Both the position numbers and the translations under genes were made by a program. The notes beneath the pieces were generated by a model. It ran no database searches. It was not told the origin of the DNA and saw only the letters and a program-made list of their open reading frames with translations. From assembly GCA_965205265.1 (NCBI GenBank), contig CBDBGH010000003.1, positions 5,152,001-5,216,000 on the forward strand: 64,000 bases of DNA. Direction: 5' to 3'. This stretch comes from Alphaproteobacteria bacterium (GTDB lineage: Bacteria; Pseudomonadota; Alphaproteobacteria; Bin95). Within the stretch, counting starts at the first letter, position 1. Every line of letters begins with the position of its first letter. Below are positions 22,577 through 32,049 of this stretch, piece after piece.

Positions 22577-23769
22577 CCCAGGGCCGGCTCGCTCTCGAAG
22601 AGACCCCGGGGGTCGGCACCTGGATAACCATGCCGGCGAAGAGTCTGAAGCCCCCTGGGCAACGCTCCAACCGCTGGCTGTTCAAGTGCCTGCGGTCGCT
22701 CAGCCACTGCGAGCTTTCCGGCATCCGCGACGAAACCCCATGGCAATCGGTACTCGTTTCGGAGTGGGGCCTGAGCAAGGGCAACACGGAAATCCACATC
22801 CTGCTGCCTCCCCTGGCGGCGGAGTTGCTCAAGTCCAGGATAACCTACGCCCGGATCGAATCCTCGATCCTTCACAGCATGCCACGCTCCCGGCACTCCC
22901 AGAAGCTATTCGCCGTGCTGGCGGACAGGCGCCGTCAGGACCGTCCCACATGGACATACAGCCTCGACGAACTGCGTGAGGCCCTCGACCTCAACCATCA
23001 GCGGCAATATACCGACTGGACGCGCCTGCGCCAGAAAGTGCTCGTCCCGGCGATCAACACGATCAACGCGAACAGCCCCGTCCAGGTCGCCATGACCCCG
23101 ATAAAGCTGGGACGGCAGGTCACGGCGGTCCGCTTCGACTGGGACTGGTCCGGCTATTCGCCTTCTTCCGCCAACAGCCTTCCCGAAACGGAATCCCACA
23201 CCCCCGACGACGGCCACGCCGAGGGGACCGATCCCGACAACCGGACCGAGGAAGCGCGCGAATGGTGGGCGGGGACAGACCGCAAAACCCGGAAATACAC
23301 CCTCCTCAAGCTCGGCATCGCCAACCCCGGATCCGAAGACCTCCAGGACGAGTCCCCCTACGCCCTCGAAGCCTGGCAACTCATCCGCGACCTCAAGGCC
23401 CCACCCGACGAAAGGGAACACCAACGCGACGCGCGCAGGCGGGTGCGGGGCTCGGCCACAACCGAACGCGAACAGGAATTCGAGAGACTCCTCGATGACC
23501 TGGGGCAACGGCCCGAGGACATGCCGATCCAGACCGACCCCCCCGAAACCGGAGAGCATGAGCCCGCCCGGGACAATCCCTTCTCCTCACTCTCGAGGCC
23601 GGCCGCACCCGAGGCCCAGCCAACCAGCCTGCTTCCGTTCCCCTCGACCGAATCGCTCCCCGAAACGGAGAGCCCTCCCCCGGCAAGAGGCGACCCGACG
23701 GAACAGGAAGAACCGCCCGACGACGAACTCGACCAGTTGAGCTGGTACGAGTCCCTTATCGGCCAATAG
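22577..23769 (+). pseudogene. Rep_3/RepB-type plasmid replication initiator, N-terminus removed by IS
   Basis: YARIE...SRHSQKLF...YSLDELREAL...LRQKVLVPAINTIN...PIKLGRQVTAVRFDW winged-helix pattern; no native start. Confidence 0.7.
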
Positions 23770-23976
23770 ACCCCGGCCTGGAAATCACAACCCCTCCCCG
23801 CAGCACCGGGCAAGCGGGCCCGCCTGTTGCCAGCGGCAGGCCACCACCCTATATGGCCCGCATGAATCCCGCCGACCCGAATCGCGCATTCCCGCTATCC
23901 TGTCCTGAAGAACAGGGTCGCGGCCGCGCGCGCGGTCGCAATGCCGGTCGCCGAATAACGCTCTGAACAACCTTGC

Positions 23977-24051
23977 GGGCTCGTAGCTCAACGGTCAGAG
24001 CAGGCGCCTTATAAGCGTCAGATCCAGGTTCAACTCCCGGCGGGCCTACCA
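23977..24051 (+). tRNA. tRNA-Ile with UAU anticodon
   Basis: Cloverleaf: acceptor GGGCTCG/CGGGCCT, D-stem GCTC/GAGC, anticodon stem GGCGC/GCGTC with loop CT-TAT-AA, T-loop TTCAACT (one T-stem mismatch), discriminator A and encoded CCA. Confidence 0.9.
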
Positions 24052-24079
24052 ACGCCGTCCAGATACCCTCTTCCGTCCA

Positions 24080-24102
24080 TCCCCCCGCTCGCGAGCGGGG
24101 GA
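24080..24102. terminator. GC hairpin downstream of the tRNA
   Basis: CCCCCGCTC-GC-GAGCGGGGG; no clear U-tract on the + strand. Confidence 0.35.
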
Positions 24103-24209
24103 CAGCGAAAAAGGAAAGGCGCTCGGAATTTTTTGGCACAATTCGGCGCCCGGGCGTCAAGACGTCGGACAATTCCGCTCCCGCCGCCGTCGGCGCCGCG
24201 CCCGTTGTC

Positions 24210-25140
24210 TCACATCCCGAAATCGTCCGCTGCCCGATCCCGTCCTTCCGGCCCGGCCTCTTCCGGTTCCTTCGCCGGTGAGACGGGCGCCGGCGGTTCG
24301 GGCATGCCGGCCGCGACCCAGGACCGGAAGGACGGGATCGGGCAGCGGTAAAGGCCGTCCGCGCAGGCCTGCAGCGCCCCGTGGTGGACCAAGTGGTCGA
24401 GAAACTCGTTCGCCTCCATCTTCCGAGGCAGGCGCCAACCGGAGCTTTTGTCCCCGTTCTCCCGGGCCAGACGCTCCAGTTCGTCGACGATGGCCCGGCG
24501 GCGCACGCCGCCTTTCGGCGGCAGGACCTGCATCAGCGCCTGCAGCATGAACTCGGCGCCATCCATCTCCGTCGAGACGCGCGGCCGGTACGCCTCCTCC
24601 ACACGCCGCCGGGCTTCCGCCTCGTCCACGGCGGGGAAGTCCACATCGGCGAGGCGGCGGCCGGCATCGGCCAGCCCGACCGCCAGCGCGCTCATGGCGT
24701 TGTACAGATGCTGCGGCCAGCCGTCGGAGCGGTCGGCCAGCCACGCCTCCCAGGACGCCCGGCAGCCACCCGCGCAGTCCACCCGGTATTTCGTGAACAG
24801 TCCGTCCAGGGCCTCGCGCACCTCGTCCTCGTCCAGCGCCTCCAGCGGGCGCACCGCACCGCCCGTGAAACGCGACAGGCCGATCTCGCGCAGGCTCTCG
24901 CGCGAAGAGCCCAGCCCCGCCATCACCGGCACGATCGGCAGGCCGTTCTCGGCCAGGTGAAGCTGGTTCAGAACCGCCAGTACGGACCGTCGCGAGCGCC
25001 TGCGCGCAGACCCCTTCGACCGCGGCGATCTCGCCCTGGCGCCCGACGAAGAACTCCGCCGGATGCCGGTCGCCGCGCCGCGCGAACGCCCGCAGGCCTT
25101 CCGTCAGGACGCTTTCGTCATTGGAGGCCGGGCCGTGCAT
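24210..25140 (-). pseudogene. P-loop ATPase-like gene with internal deletion/frameshift
   Basis: N-part FFVGRQGEI (frame starting at 25140) joined out of frame to C-part VMAGLG...SDGWPQHL; no Walker A/B left. Confidence 0.55.
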
Positions 25141-25369
25141 CGCCCCCCCTTTCTCTCCCCAGTATAGCACCGGAGGCCGGGCGGAAGACTGCTCGAAGGT
25201 AATGTGGCACGGGACCCGGCATCCGGACCCACACAACGGCATCCGGTGTACCGCAACAATTCAATACGGCTGGATCGGGCCGCCGGGCCTGAGGGATTGT
25301 GAGCAGATGGCGGCCCCGGGATTGCGTCCTGACGAACAGGGGCCGCATCCGGCATACATCCACAAACGG

Positions 25370-25579
25370 CTATAGCCGCTTCCCGATACCGGCCTGTTTC
25401 AGAATGTCGTTCGCCGTATGGCGGCTTTTGGGATTGAGCGGGACCGACAGGGTCCGTTTGCCGGAGCCCGACGCCTCGCGCCGCCATATCTCATGGCTGC
25501 CCTTGCCGGGCCGCTCTCCTCGAACCCATCCCTCAGCAGACAGAATACGGCGAAGATCCCGGCCGAAGCCTGACCCCAT
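25370..25579 (-). CDS. hicA: HicA-family mRNA interferase toxin
   Basis: GKGSHEIW...KSRHTANDILKQAG. Confidence 0.85.
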   Translation of the reverse strand: MGSGFGRDLRRILSAEGWVRGERPGKGSHEIWRREASGSGKRTLSVPLNPKSRHTANDILKQAGIGKRL

Positions 25580-26001
25580 CAGGCGCGAACCGCTTTCGGG
25601 GCGAGATCGGGATCGGCCATCACCAGAGAAACGGACGATACCGAACCACTGCTTGGGCGCCAAAGACCGGGAAGGCCGACGACCATGCCGTCGTCAATGC
25701 TCGCGCTCCCCTTCTTGGGGGTGGAGTCTGTCACGAGACCGGGGAGCCCAAACCATTGTCCCTGTTGACGCCGCGAAGCCGGACGAACCGGCGGAACGGC
25801 GGGGACAAGGGACAGGCGGCAACCCTCTACCGGGATGCCGAGATTCTCCCGAATCAGGTACGGAGCGCAGTCCAGAAGGGCATCGACAAGCCCGGCTATG
25901 TCCGGAGCTTCCAGAACCAGGCCGGGGAGATCATCGCTCCCGGCAATCAGGACGCCGGTCTCCTCGCATTGCGAAACGGCAATCTGGAACTCACGGGTCA
26001 T
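25579..26001 (-). CDS. HicB-like (DUF1902-type) antitoxin
   Basis: GVLIAGSDDLPGLVLEA; TGATG coupling to hicA. Confidence 0.7.
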   Translation of the reverse strand: MTREFQIAVSQCEETGVLIAGSDDLPGLVLEAPDIAGLVDALLDCAPYLIRENLGIPVEGCRLSLVPAVPPVRPASRRQQGQWFGLPGLVTDSTPKKGSASIDDGMVVGLPGLWRPSSGSVSSVSLVMADPDLAPKAVRA

Positions 26002-26270
26002 GCCGCGCCTCTATCCGTGCGATGCTGCTCTGCGGCCGCGGCTGCAAAATCCAAGCTCATCATGAGGCACTCTACCCATTACTAACCTCACCTCAACTAT
26101 ACAGCCATTCGCGCTCCGCAGCCATAACATCGCCGACACCGGCAGCGAACGGGTCGGTCCGCGTCTGGCTGGCGGGGAAGGACGGGACCGGGGCACTTTG
26201 TGCCAGTTTAGCTTCGGCTAAAGGCGAGTACTTCGTCCACCGATCCCACAGAAATTCCGAACACCTCTCG

Positions 26271-26300
26271 AAAAAGGCCCCCGCGGCGAGCGGGGGCCTT
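26271..26300 (-). terminator. Rho-independent terminator
   Basis: AAGGCCCCCGC-GGCGA-GCGGGGGCCTT with an A5 run (U-tract on the - strand), downstream of the long minus-strand gene run. Confidence 0.7.
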
Positions 26301-26346
26301 CATTCGTGAACGAGCTGGGCTCCCGCCGCGAAAGCGGCGGGTCTGC

Positions 26347-27654
26347 CTACGGCTCCAGACGTTCCGCCTCGGCGGCCTCCGCACGCTGCGCCCAGTAACG
26401 GTCCTCGACCGCTGCACATGCCCCGCGCAACCGCTCCAGCTCGTCAGTGTCCGGAACTTCCTCCGGTGAAATCGTCGGGATCCCCTCGCCGCCATCCATC
26501 TCGAGCAGGGGACGCCGGTCCACCGTCTCCCAGGAATAGAAATAGTGCATCCCGTATCCCGGCTCGCGCACCAGAATCACGTCTCGCTCGTCCGCGCTCG
26601 CGAGCGACACCTCATACTGGTAGCGCTCCCCGACCGAGTCCTGGATCACCGTGCCCAGCTTCTCGACGGCCTTGTCCACCCGGGGGCCGCTCAGGACCTC
26701 GTCGCGGTCCCTGAACGCCTGGATCACCGTATCGTATTCCTCACGCTCCAGAATGCCGACCGCCAGATCCTCTATCGCCGTCTTCGTAAGCGGACGGAAA
26801 ACCTGCCTGCACAGGGCGCCATTCGTCCGCACCGCCTGGCGCAGCATGTTGTCGTCCACCAGCATCGGGCCGGTCGGCGCCCGCACCGTGACCCCGGCAT
26901 CCGCCCGGGCCGTCACGCCGCGCTCCCCGAGAACGCCGTTCATGCCCTCGGGACTCGCTCGGCCCGCATCCGCGTTCGCCGGATCGAGAACCCGAATGCG
27001 CTCCCGCAGCATCCTCGCCTCCAGATACCGGTCGAGTCCCTCGGGAACCGGGGCATCGCGCAGGTTCTCGAGGACGTTCATCATCAGCCCGGTCTGGTCG
27101 AAGGACCGGCTCTGCGTCCGCTCCCCTATATCGCCCACGAACACGCGCAGCGTCCCGATCAGCCCTCGGCGGAGATCCTCCTCGATCACCTCGTGCGCCC
27201 TGTCCGAGTGCAGCCAGGAATGCAGCCGAAGCATGATCGCCGCGTTGTTGCCCCCCTCCGCAATCAGGGGGATGTTGCCGTCCTGCTCGGCCCGCTCCAC
27301 GTCGCCCTCGATATTGCGCGTGTTCCGCAGCGTGTAGAGGACAGGCTCCATCCCATCCCCGTCCTCCTCCGCATCCGGAGCCTCGTCCGCCTCCGGCACA
27401 ATCACCGTCGCCCTGGTCGCGCCATCCTCGCTGCGCCAGATCGCCAGACCCATGCCGGGGTCCATGTCCACCGCGTAGGCAGCCGGGTCGTCGTCCTCGC
27501 TCTCCCGCAGGACCGCCGCCGACGGCAGTATCACCTGGGCGTTCGTCCTGTACGCCGTCTCCGCGTCATGACGCGTCGTCGCGAACGACTGATACGCCTC
27601 CTTCGCCTTCTCCATCAGGACGCTCACATTGATGCGCATCGCTCTCTTCTCCAA
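26347..27654 (-). CDS. Hypothetical acidic protein
   Basis: Long ORF with RBS and GC-rich third positions; no recognisable motif. Confidence 0.75.
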   Translation of the reverse strand: MEKRAMRINVSVLMEKAKEAYQSFATTRHDAETAYRTNAQVILPSAAVLRESEDDDPAAYAVDMDPGMGLAIWRSEDGATRATVIVPEADEAPDAEEDGDGMEPVLYTLRNTRNIEGDVERAEQDGNIPLIAEGGNNAAIMLRLHSWLHSDRAHEVIEEDLRRGLIGTLRVFVGDIGERTQSRSFDQTGLMMNVLENLRDAPVPEGLDRYLEARMLRERIRVLDPANADAGRASPEGMNGVLGERGVTARADAGVTVRAPTGPMLVDDNMLRQAVRTNGALCRQVFRPLTKTAIEDLAVGILEREEYDTVIQAFRDRDEVLSGPRVDKAVEKLGTVIQDSVGERYQYEVSLASADERDVILVREPGYGMHYFYSWETVDRRPLLEMDGGEGIPTISPEEVPDTDELERLRGACAAVEDRYWAQRAEAAEAERLEP

Positions 27655-27731
27655 TCGCGGTCCGCTGCTCCGTCACATCCCCGAACCTAAAAGGGGGGTG
27701 TGAAAACGCCAAACCCGAAACCCTGCCGCCA

Positions 27732-29384
27732 TCAATCCCAGGGCGACGGAGCCGGCAGGGTCTCCGCGCCGGGGCCCTCTATCCCCAGACGTCGAGCCCA
27801 GAAGGCAGCCGACGCCATCTCGTGGTTCTGCTCCGCATGCTGGCGCAATTCCATCCAGCAGCGCCCGAGAAGATTCTCCCCCACCAGACGCTCGCCCCTG
27901 GGAACAGCGCCCCAAAACCCGTCGCGGCGCGAGATCTCGACGATCGGCAATCCCCCTGTCCTCTCGAACTCCCGGTCAACCCCCGCAGGGTCCGCCTCCC
28001 GTTTCAGACGAATGGCCCATCTCATCACATCCAGCCGGCGGTCCTCCCAGCCCTCCACCGGGATGTTCGACGGATCGCGGCCGATCTCCGCCGCCCGCTT
28101 CGCCGTCGGCGCGGCCGCAATGAGATCCTGCACCTCCCGCGAATGCGGAAACTTCGCGAACATGTGATAGACATGCTCCGACGTCGGCAATTCCCACGGG
28201 CCGAGCCGGATCGGCTCTTCCAGCGGATAGAAGTTCGAGAACCGGCCCCACTCCGCGCGCGTGAACCGGAACGCGCAAACCCCGGATGGCTCATAGACCC
28301 GCGCGCCGCCGGCGCGGTCCTCCGGCGAATCCGAAAACGACCGCCTGGCCGACGTCACGGACCGATGCAGGGCCTCCATCGAATTGCGGACCTGCAACTC
28401 CGCCGTCTTGCCAAGGTTCAGGACCGGAATGCCATACCGCGACGCAATCAGGAGCCCCATCCCCGTGCCACCGGACACCGCGCCTCCGGCCGTCCAGCAA
28501 ACAACCGCATCCACAGGGCGGTCCAGCTCCGGGCCCAGAAGAATCGCGACATTGCGCGCATGCAGGCGCCGGGCACCCTGCGAGCACCGCTCCCACGCCG
28601 GGTGCAACGAAGCGGCAATCTCCACACAGCGCCCGAATGCAGGACGGTCCAGGACAAAGCAGTCCGGACCCTCCAGACCGTTGTAGCCCTCCCAGGGAAG
28701 CAACAGCTGGCGCTGCGAAGGCGGCACGCCGTCCTGGAAGGCGCTGTCCGCGCCCTTGGCGCCGCCGGTGCGCAACAGCCAGCCCTCCGACGCCCAGGCG
28801 GCTGCCATCAGCCGCATCGACTCCAGGACGGCGGGAGGAGTCTCCCGCGATCCGATGCCGGCATAGGCCGGCCTGCGCTGCCTGAACATCGAGTTCACTC
28901 CCTTCCCTCCTTGCTCCGGGGCGGTCGCCCGCGGTTGCATCACCGTCACGATCCCGGGAGCCATTCCCCCCAGTTCCCTCTCTATCAGTCCCTTCACAAT
29001 TCCCCAGTCCAGTCCGCCGAGTCCCGCACCCAGCGCCGGGACGGCGACCGAACCGATCCCTCTCCTCTCCAATTCCCGCCGGAGGCTCCTCAGCCCTTCC
29101 TCTACATCCCCGGCGCGGCTGCGGTCGCGCCAGTGCCTCTTGGTCGGGAAATTCACGATATAGCGCGGCAGCGTCCCTTCCCCCCGGTCGAACACCATGA
29201 CCCGGCCGGGGCGCATCGCATTCCGCCCGCAGGCCGCCCTGTATGCCTCGAAATTCTCCGGAAACCGTCTTCGGAACTCAAGCGCGAGCCCCTTCCCCAT
29301 CACCCCGACGCAATTCACCGGATTGACCAGCGCCTCGGCGCCGGTCTCGAAAATGTCGCCTTCCGTGAAAACAGGGCCGGCCAT
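27732..29384 (-). CDS. Macrodomain (DarG-like) + SLOG/DprA-like + NADAR fusion
   Basis: NPVNCVGVMGKGLA...NFPTKRHW...PALGAGLGGL; YAGIGSRETP...LRTGGAKGADSAF...GGTG; FSNFY...TSEH...FWG...GENLLGRCWMELR. Confidence 0.85.
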   Translation of the reverse strand: MAGPVFTEGDIFETGAEALVNPVNCVGVMGKGLALEFRRRFPENFEAYRAACGRNAMRPGRVMVFDRGEGTLPRYIVNFPTKRHWRDRSRAGDVEEGLRSLRRELERRGIGSVAVPALGAGLGGLDWGIVKGLIERELGGMAPGIVTVMQPRATAPEQGGKGVNSMFRQRRPAYAGIGSRETPPAVLESMRLMAAAWASEGWLLRTGGAKGADSAFQDGVPPSQRQLLLPWEGYNGLEGPDCFVLDRPAFGRCVEIAASLHPAWERCSQGARRLHARNVAILLGPELDRPVDAVVCWTAGGAVSGGTGMGLLIASRYGIPVLNLGKTAELQVRNSMEALHRSVTSARRSFSDSPEDRAGGARVYEPSGVCAFRFTRAEWGRFSNFYPLEEPIRLGPWELPTSEHVYHMFAKFPHSREVQDLIAAAPTAKRAAEIGRDPSNIPVEGWEDRRLDVMRWAIRLKREADPAGVDREFERTGGLPIVEISRRDGFWGAVPRGERLVGENLLGRCWMELRQHAEQNHEMASAAFWARRLGIEGPGAETLPAPSPWD

Positions 29385-29386
29385 CG

Positions 29387-29797
29387 CTACGGCGAAGGAC
29401 TCGGCAGCCCATCATCGGCATCCGGAAACCCGGCGCGGCGGGCCGCGTCATCCAGCTCGTCCCCCTCTTCAACAATCCGGCACGCCCGGCGCGCCGCAGA
29501 GCAATAGACGGAAAGCGGATATTTGGCCTCGAAGAAACGGTCGCGCTCCACCGCCAGACCCATAGGGCCCTTCAAGGATTCCAGCTCGCTTAGCCGGATA
29601 CTACCCGGTTCCGGGAATCCCATCCCCAGGTCGGCCAACCCGAACAGAAGATCGCGGTCCTCGGAATCCATCCGCGCAATGAGCCAGGTGCAGGGCCCGT
29701 CCGGCGTGAAGAACTTCACGACCGGGCAGTGATCGCCGCCACGCTCCTGTCCGTTCCGCAACAGAAGACGCTCGATGTCCTTGGTCACCAGCTTCAT
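29387..29797 (-). CDS. DUF2958-family protein
   Basis: PVVKFFTPDGPCTWL...LFGLADLGMGFPE...ERDRFF. Confidence 0.8.
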   Translation of the reverse strand: MKLVTKDIERLLLRNGQERGGDHCPVVKFFTPDGPCTWLIARMDSEDRDLLFGLADLGMGFPEPGSIRLSELESLKGPMGLAVERDRFFEAKYPLSVYCSAARRACRIVEEGDELDDAARRAGFPDADDGLPSPSP

Positions 29798-29817
29798 GGC
29801 CAGGTCACTCCTCTTTT

Positions 29818-30810
29818 TCACGGCCCCGCCGACGGCGTAGCCGCCAAGGGCGCGAACAGCGCTTCCCGGTCCACGCCCTCCGCAACGATCTCCGAGAGGT
29901 CGGCCCCGTCGAACCTCGCGTCCTCCACCCGACTCCAGGACAGGTCCGCCCCGAACAGATAGGCCTCCCGGAAATCCGCGTGGGTCATGTCCGCCGACAC
30001 CATGCGGACATGCGGAAAATACCCGTTCGCGAGCACGGCCGACCTCATGTCGGCCCGGCTGAAATCCGCATCGCGGCACTGCGCGCCCGTCATCCGAGCC
30101 CCCGAGAGCAGCGCGGAATCCAGCTTTGCGCGGTACAGGACCGCCCCATCGAGACCCGCCTCGCGCAAATCGCAACCCGTCATCACGGCATCCGCAAGCC
30201 CGGCTTTCCCGAGACTCGCCCGGGCCATCCGTGCCCCCACGAACGTGGCGCCCGGAAACCTGCCCTCCTCCATGACGGCCCCGGCCATGTCCGCCCGGAC
30301 GAAATTGGCCCCGGCGGCCATAATCCCCGTCATCCGGGCGCTGGACAGGACCGCATCCAGAAAACAGGCTCCTTCGGCACAGGCGTTCCGGAATCTCGCC
30401 CCGGTCAGGTCCGCCTGGATAAAATCCGCCCTGCCCAACTCGGCGGACACAAAACTCGCGTCCGTCAATTTCGCTTCCCGGAACAGGGCGCCGACAAGGT
30501 CGGCTTCGTCAAACAGCGTCCCGACGAGCGAGGCACGGTGAAACTTCGCTCCGCCCAGTCGTGCCCCGCGGAAATCCACGCCGTCCAGACGGGCATTGTA
30601 GAAGGACGAACACAGGCCCTTCAGATCGCGCAGCATCGCCGAGGTCAGGACCGCGGAATCCAGCCTCGCCCCGGTCAGGTCCGCACCGCGGAAATCCGAG
30701 CCGCTCAGGTCAAGGCCGCTCAGGTCGGCGCCGGCCATGTCCACATCCCGGAAATCGCGCTCACCGGCCGCATAGCGGGCAACAAGCTCCTCTCGGGAAA
30801 GCTCATGCAC
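29818..30810 (-). CDS. Pentapeptide-repeat protein
   Basis: N-cap ELVARYAAGERDF then A(D/N)(L/F)xx repeats. Confidence 0.92.
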   Translation of the reverse strand: MHELSREELVARYAAGERDFRDVDMAGADLSGLDLSGSDFRGADLTGARLDSAVLTSAMLRDLKGLCSSFYNARLDGVDFRGARLGGAKFHRASLVGTLFDEADLVGALFREAKLTDASFVSAELGRADFIQADLTGARFRNACAEGACFLDAVLSSARMTGIMAAGANFVRADMAGAVMEEGRFPGATFVGARMARASLGKAGLADAVMTGCDLREAGLDGAVLYRAKLDSALLSGARMTGAQCRDADFSRADMRSAVLANGYFPHVRMVSADMTHADFREAYLFGADLSWSRVEDARFDGADLSEIVAEGVDREALFAPLAATPSAGP

Positions 30811-30946
30811 TCGAAAATCCCCTCCTCGCCTTCCGGCGGCACGTCGATGCGCCGCCTCTCTCCCAAGCTCCCGTCATGCAGGGAATCCCTGAAAATTCAA
30901 AACCGCCGGGCACCGCGGCGGAAGCCGCCCGCCCGCACGTCCGGGC

Positions 30947-31480
30947 CTACAGTCCGAAATCGAGGCGGGTGAACAGCGGGACGAGCCGCACGCCTTCGCG
31001 GGCGAGATTCGCTTCCGCGCCCTCCCGGCGGTCCACGACGGTATAGAGTGTTTCTACCCGGGCACCGGCGGCCCGCGCCGCCTCGACAGCGATCAGGGCA
31101 GATCCTCCGGTTGTCGTCACATCCTCGAACAGCAAGACCTCGCCACCCCTCGGCAGCCACCCCTCGACACGGCGGCCGGTGCCATGACCCTTGGCCTGCA
31201 TGCGCACGAAAAAGCCGCGGAGCGGGCGTTCCGTGCGGTGGCTCAGGACGCAGATCGCCGCCACGACAGGCAGGGCGCCGATGGCGACGCCGCCTATATG
31301 GTCCGCCCGCTCCGCGGCGATCTTCTCAAGGAATGTCTCGGCCAGCAGGGACAGTCCCTCCGGGTCGAGCATGACCGGCTTCATGTCGACAAAGAAATCC
31401 GTGGTCGCGCCCGAGGCCAGAACGAAGCGCCCCCGGGACAGGGCCTGTTCGGAAATCAAGGCGTGAAGGCGGTCCCGCAT
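30947..31480 (-). CDS. pyrE: Orotate phosphoribosyltransferase
   Basis: GRFVLASG..DFFVD, RMQAKGHG, PRPP motif VLLFEDVTTTGGS, VVDRREGA. Confidence 0.9.
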   Translation of the reverse strand: MRDRLHALISEQALSRGRFVLASGATTDFFVDMKPVMLDPEGLSLLAETFLEKIAAERADHIGGVAIGALPVVAAICVLSHRTERPLRGFFVRMQAKGHGTGRRVEGWLPRGGEVLLFEDVTTTGGSALIAVEAARAAGARVETLYTVVDRREGAEANLAREGVRLVPLFTRLDFGL

Positions 31481-32049
31481 GGCCCGATGTCGTCCTCCGG
31501 CAATATCCCGGCAGCCATGCCCGCCACGCCGTCGAGGCGGGCTCCGGCGAAGTCCGATCCTGCCGCAACCGCACCGGTAAAGTCCGCCCGGTCGAGCCAG
31601 GCGTCCCGGAAGTCGGTTCCGTCCAGACGGGCCTGCCGGAAAAGAGCCCGGCACATCCGGGCTCCCTCAAACCTGCCGCCGGTCAGATTGGCCCCGGTGA
31701 AGTCGGCGCCCGAGGCGAACAGACGCCGCGCGTCCGCGCCGCGCAGATCGGACCGCGCCAGCTTCGCGCCTGCCAGGGTCGTCTCCGCCAGACACAGGCC
31801 GACCAGGATGGCGTCGGTAAAGTCGGCTCCGTTCAGATTGGCGCCGAAGGCATCCGCATCCGTCAAGTCCGCGCCGGCAAGCACGATCCCCGGCAGGTTG
31901 GCGGCCCGCAGGCGGGCCCTGGTCAGATTGGCCCCGGCGAGATCGAGGCCCGGCAGGGAGACGGAAAGAAGGTCGATTCCGCGCAGGTCCACGCCCCGGA
32001 ATTCGCGGCGTCCTTCCTTGTAGAGGCCGAGCAGTTCCCCGAGGGTCAT
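31456..32049 (-). CDS. Pentapeptide-repeat protein
   Basis: MTLGELLGLYKEGRREF plus repeats. Confidence 0.9.
   Translation of the reverse strand: MTLGELLGLYKEGRREFRGVDLRGIDLLSVSLPGLDLAGANLTRARLRAANLPGIVLAGADLTDADAFGANLNGADFTDAILVGLCLAETTLAGAKLARSDLRGADARRLFASGADFTGANLTGGRFEGARMCRALFRQARLDGTDFRDAWLDRADFTGAVAAGSDFAGARLDGVAGMAAGILPEDDIGPCGTAFTP

Noticed and set aside
23175-23675. SLPETES repeated twice in the Rep C-terminal tail
   Set aside because: Only two short copies in a low-complexity region; not an iteron array
23977-24051. tRNA as an integration (att) site
   Set aside because: No duplicate of its 3' end found by eye in the window and no adjacent integrase
24134-24150. TGGCAC as a sigma54 promoter (also at 63629)
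   Set aside because: Lacks the TTGC -12 element at the required spacing
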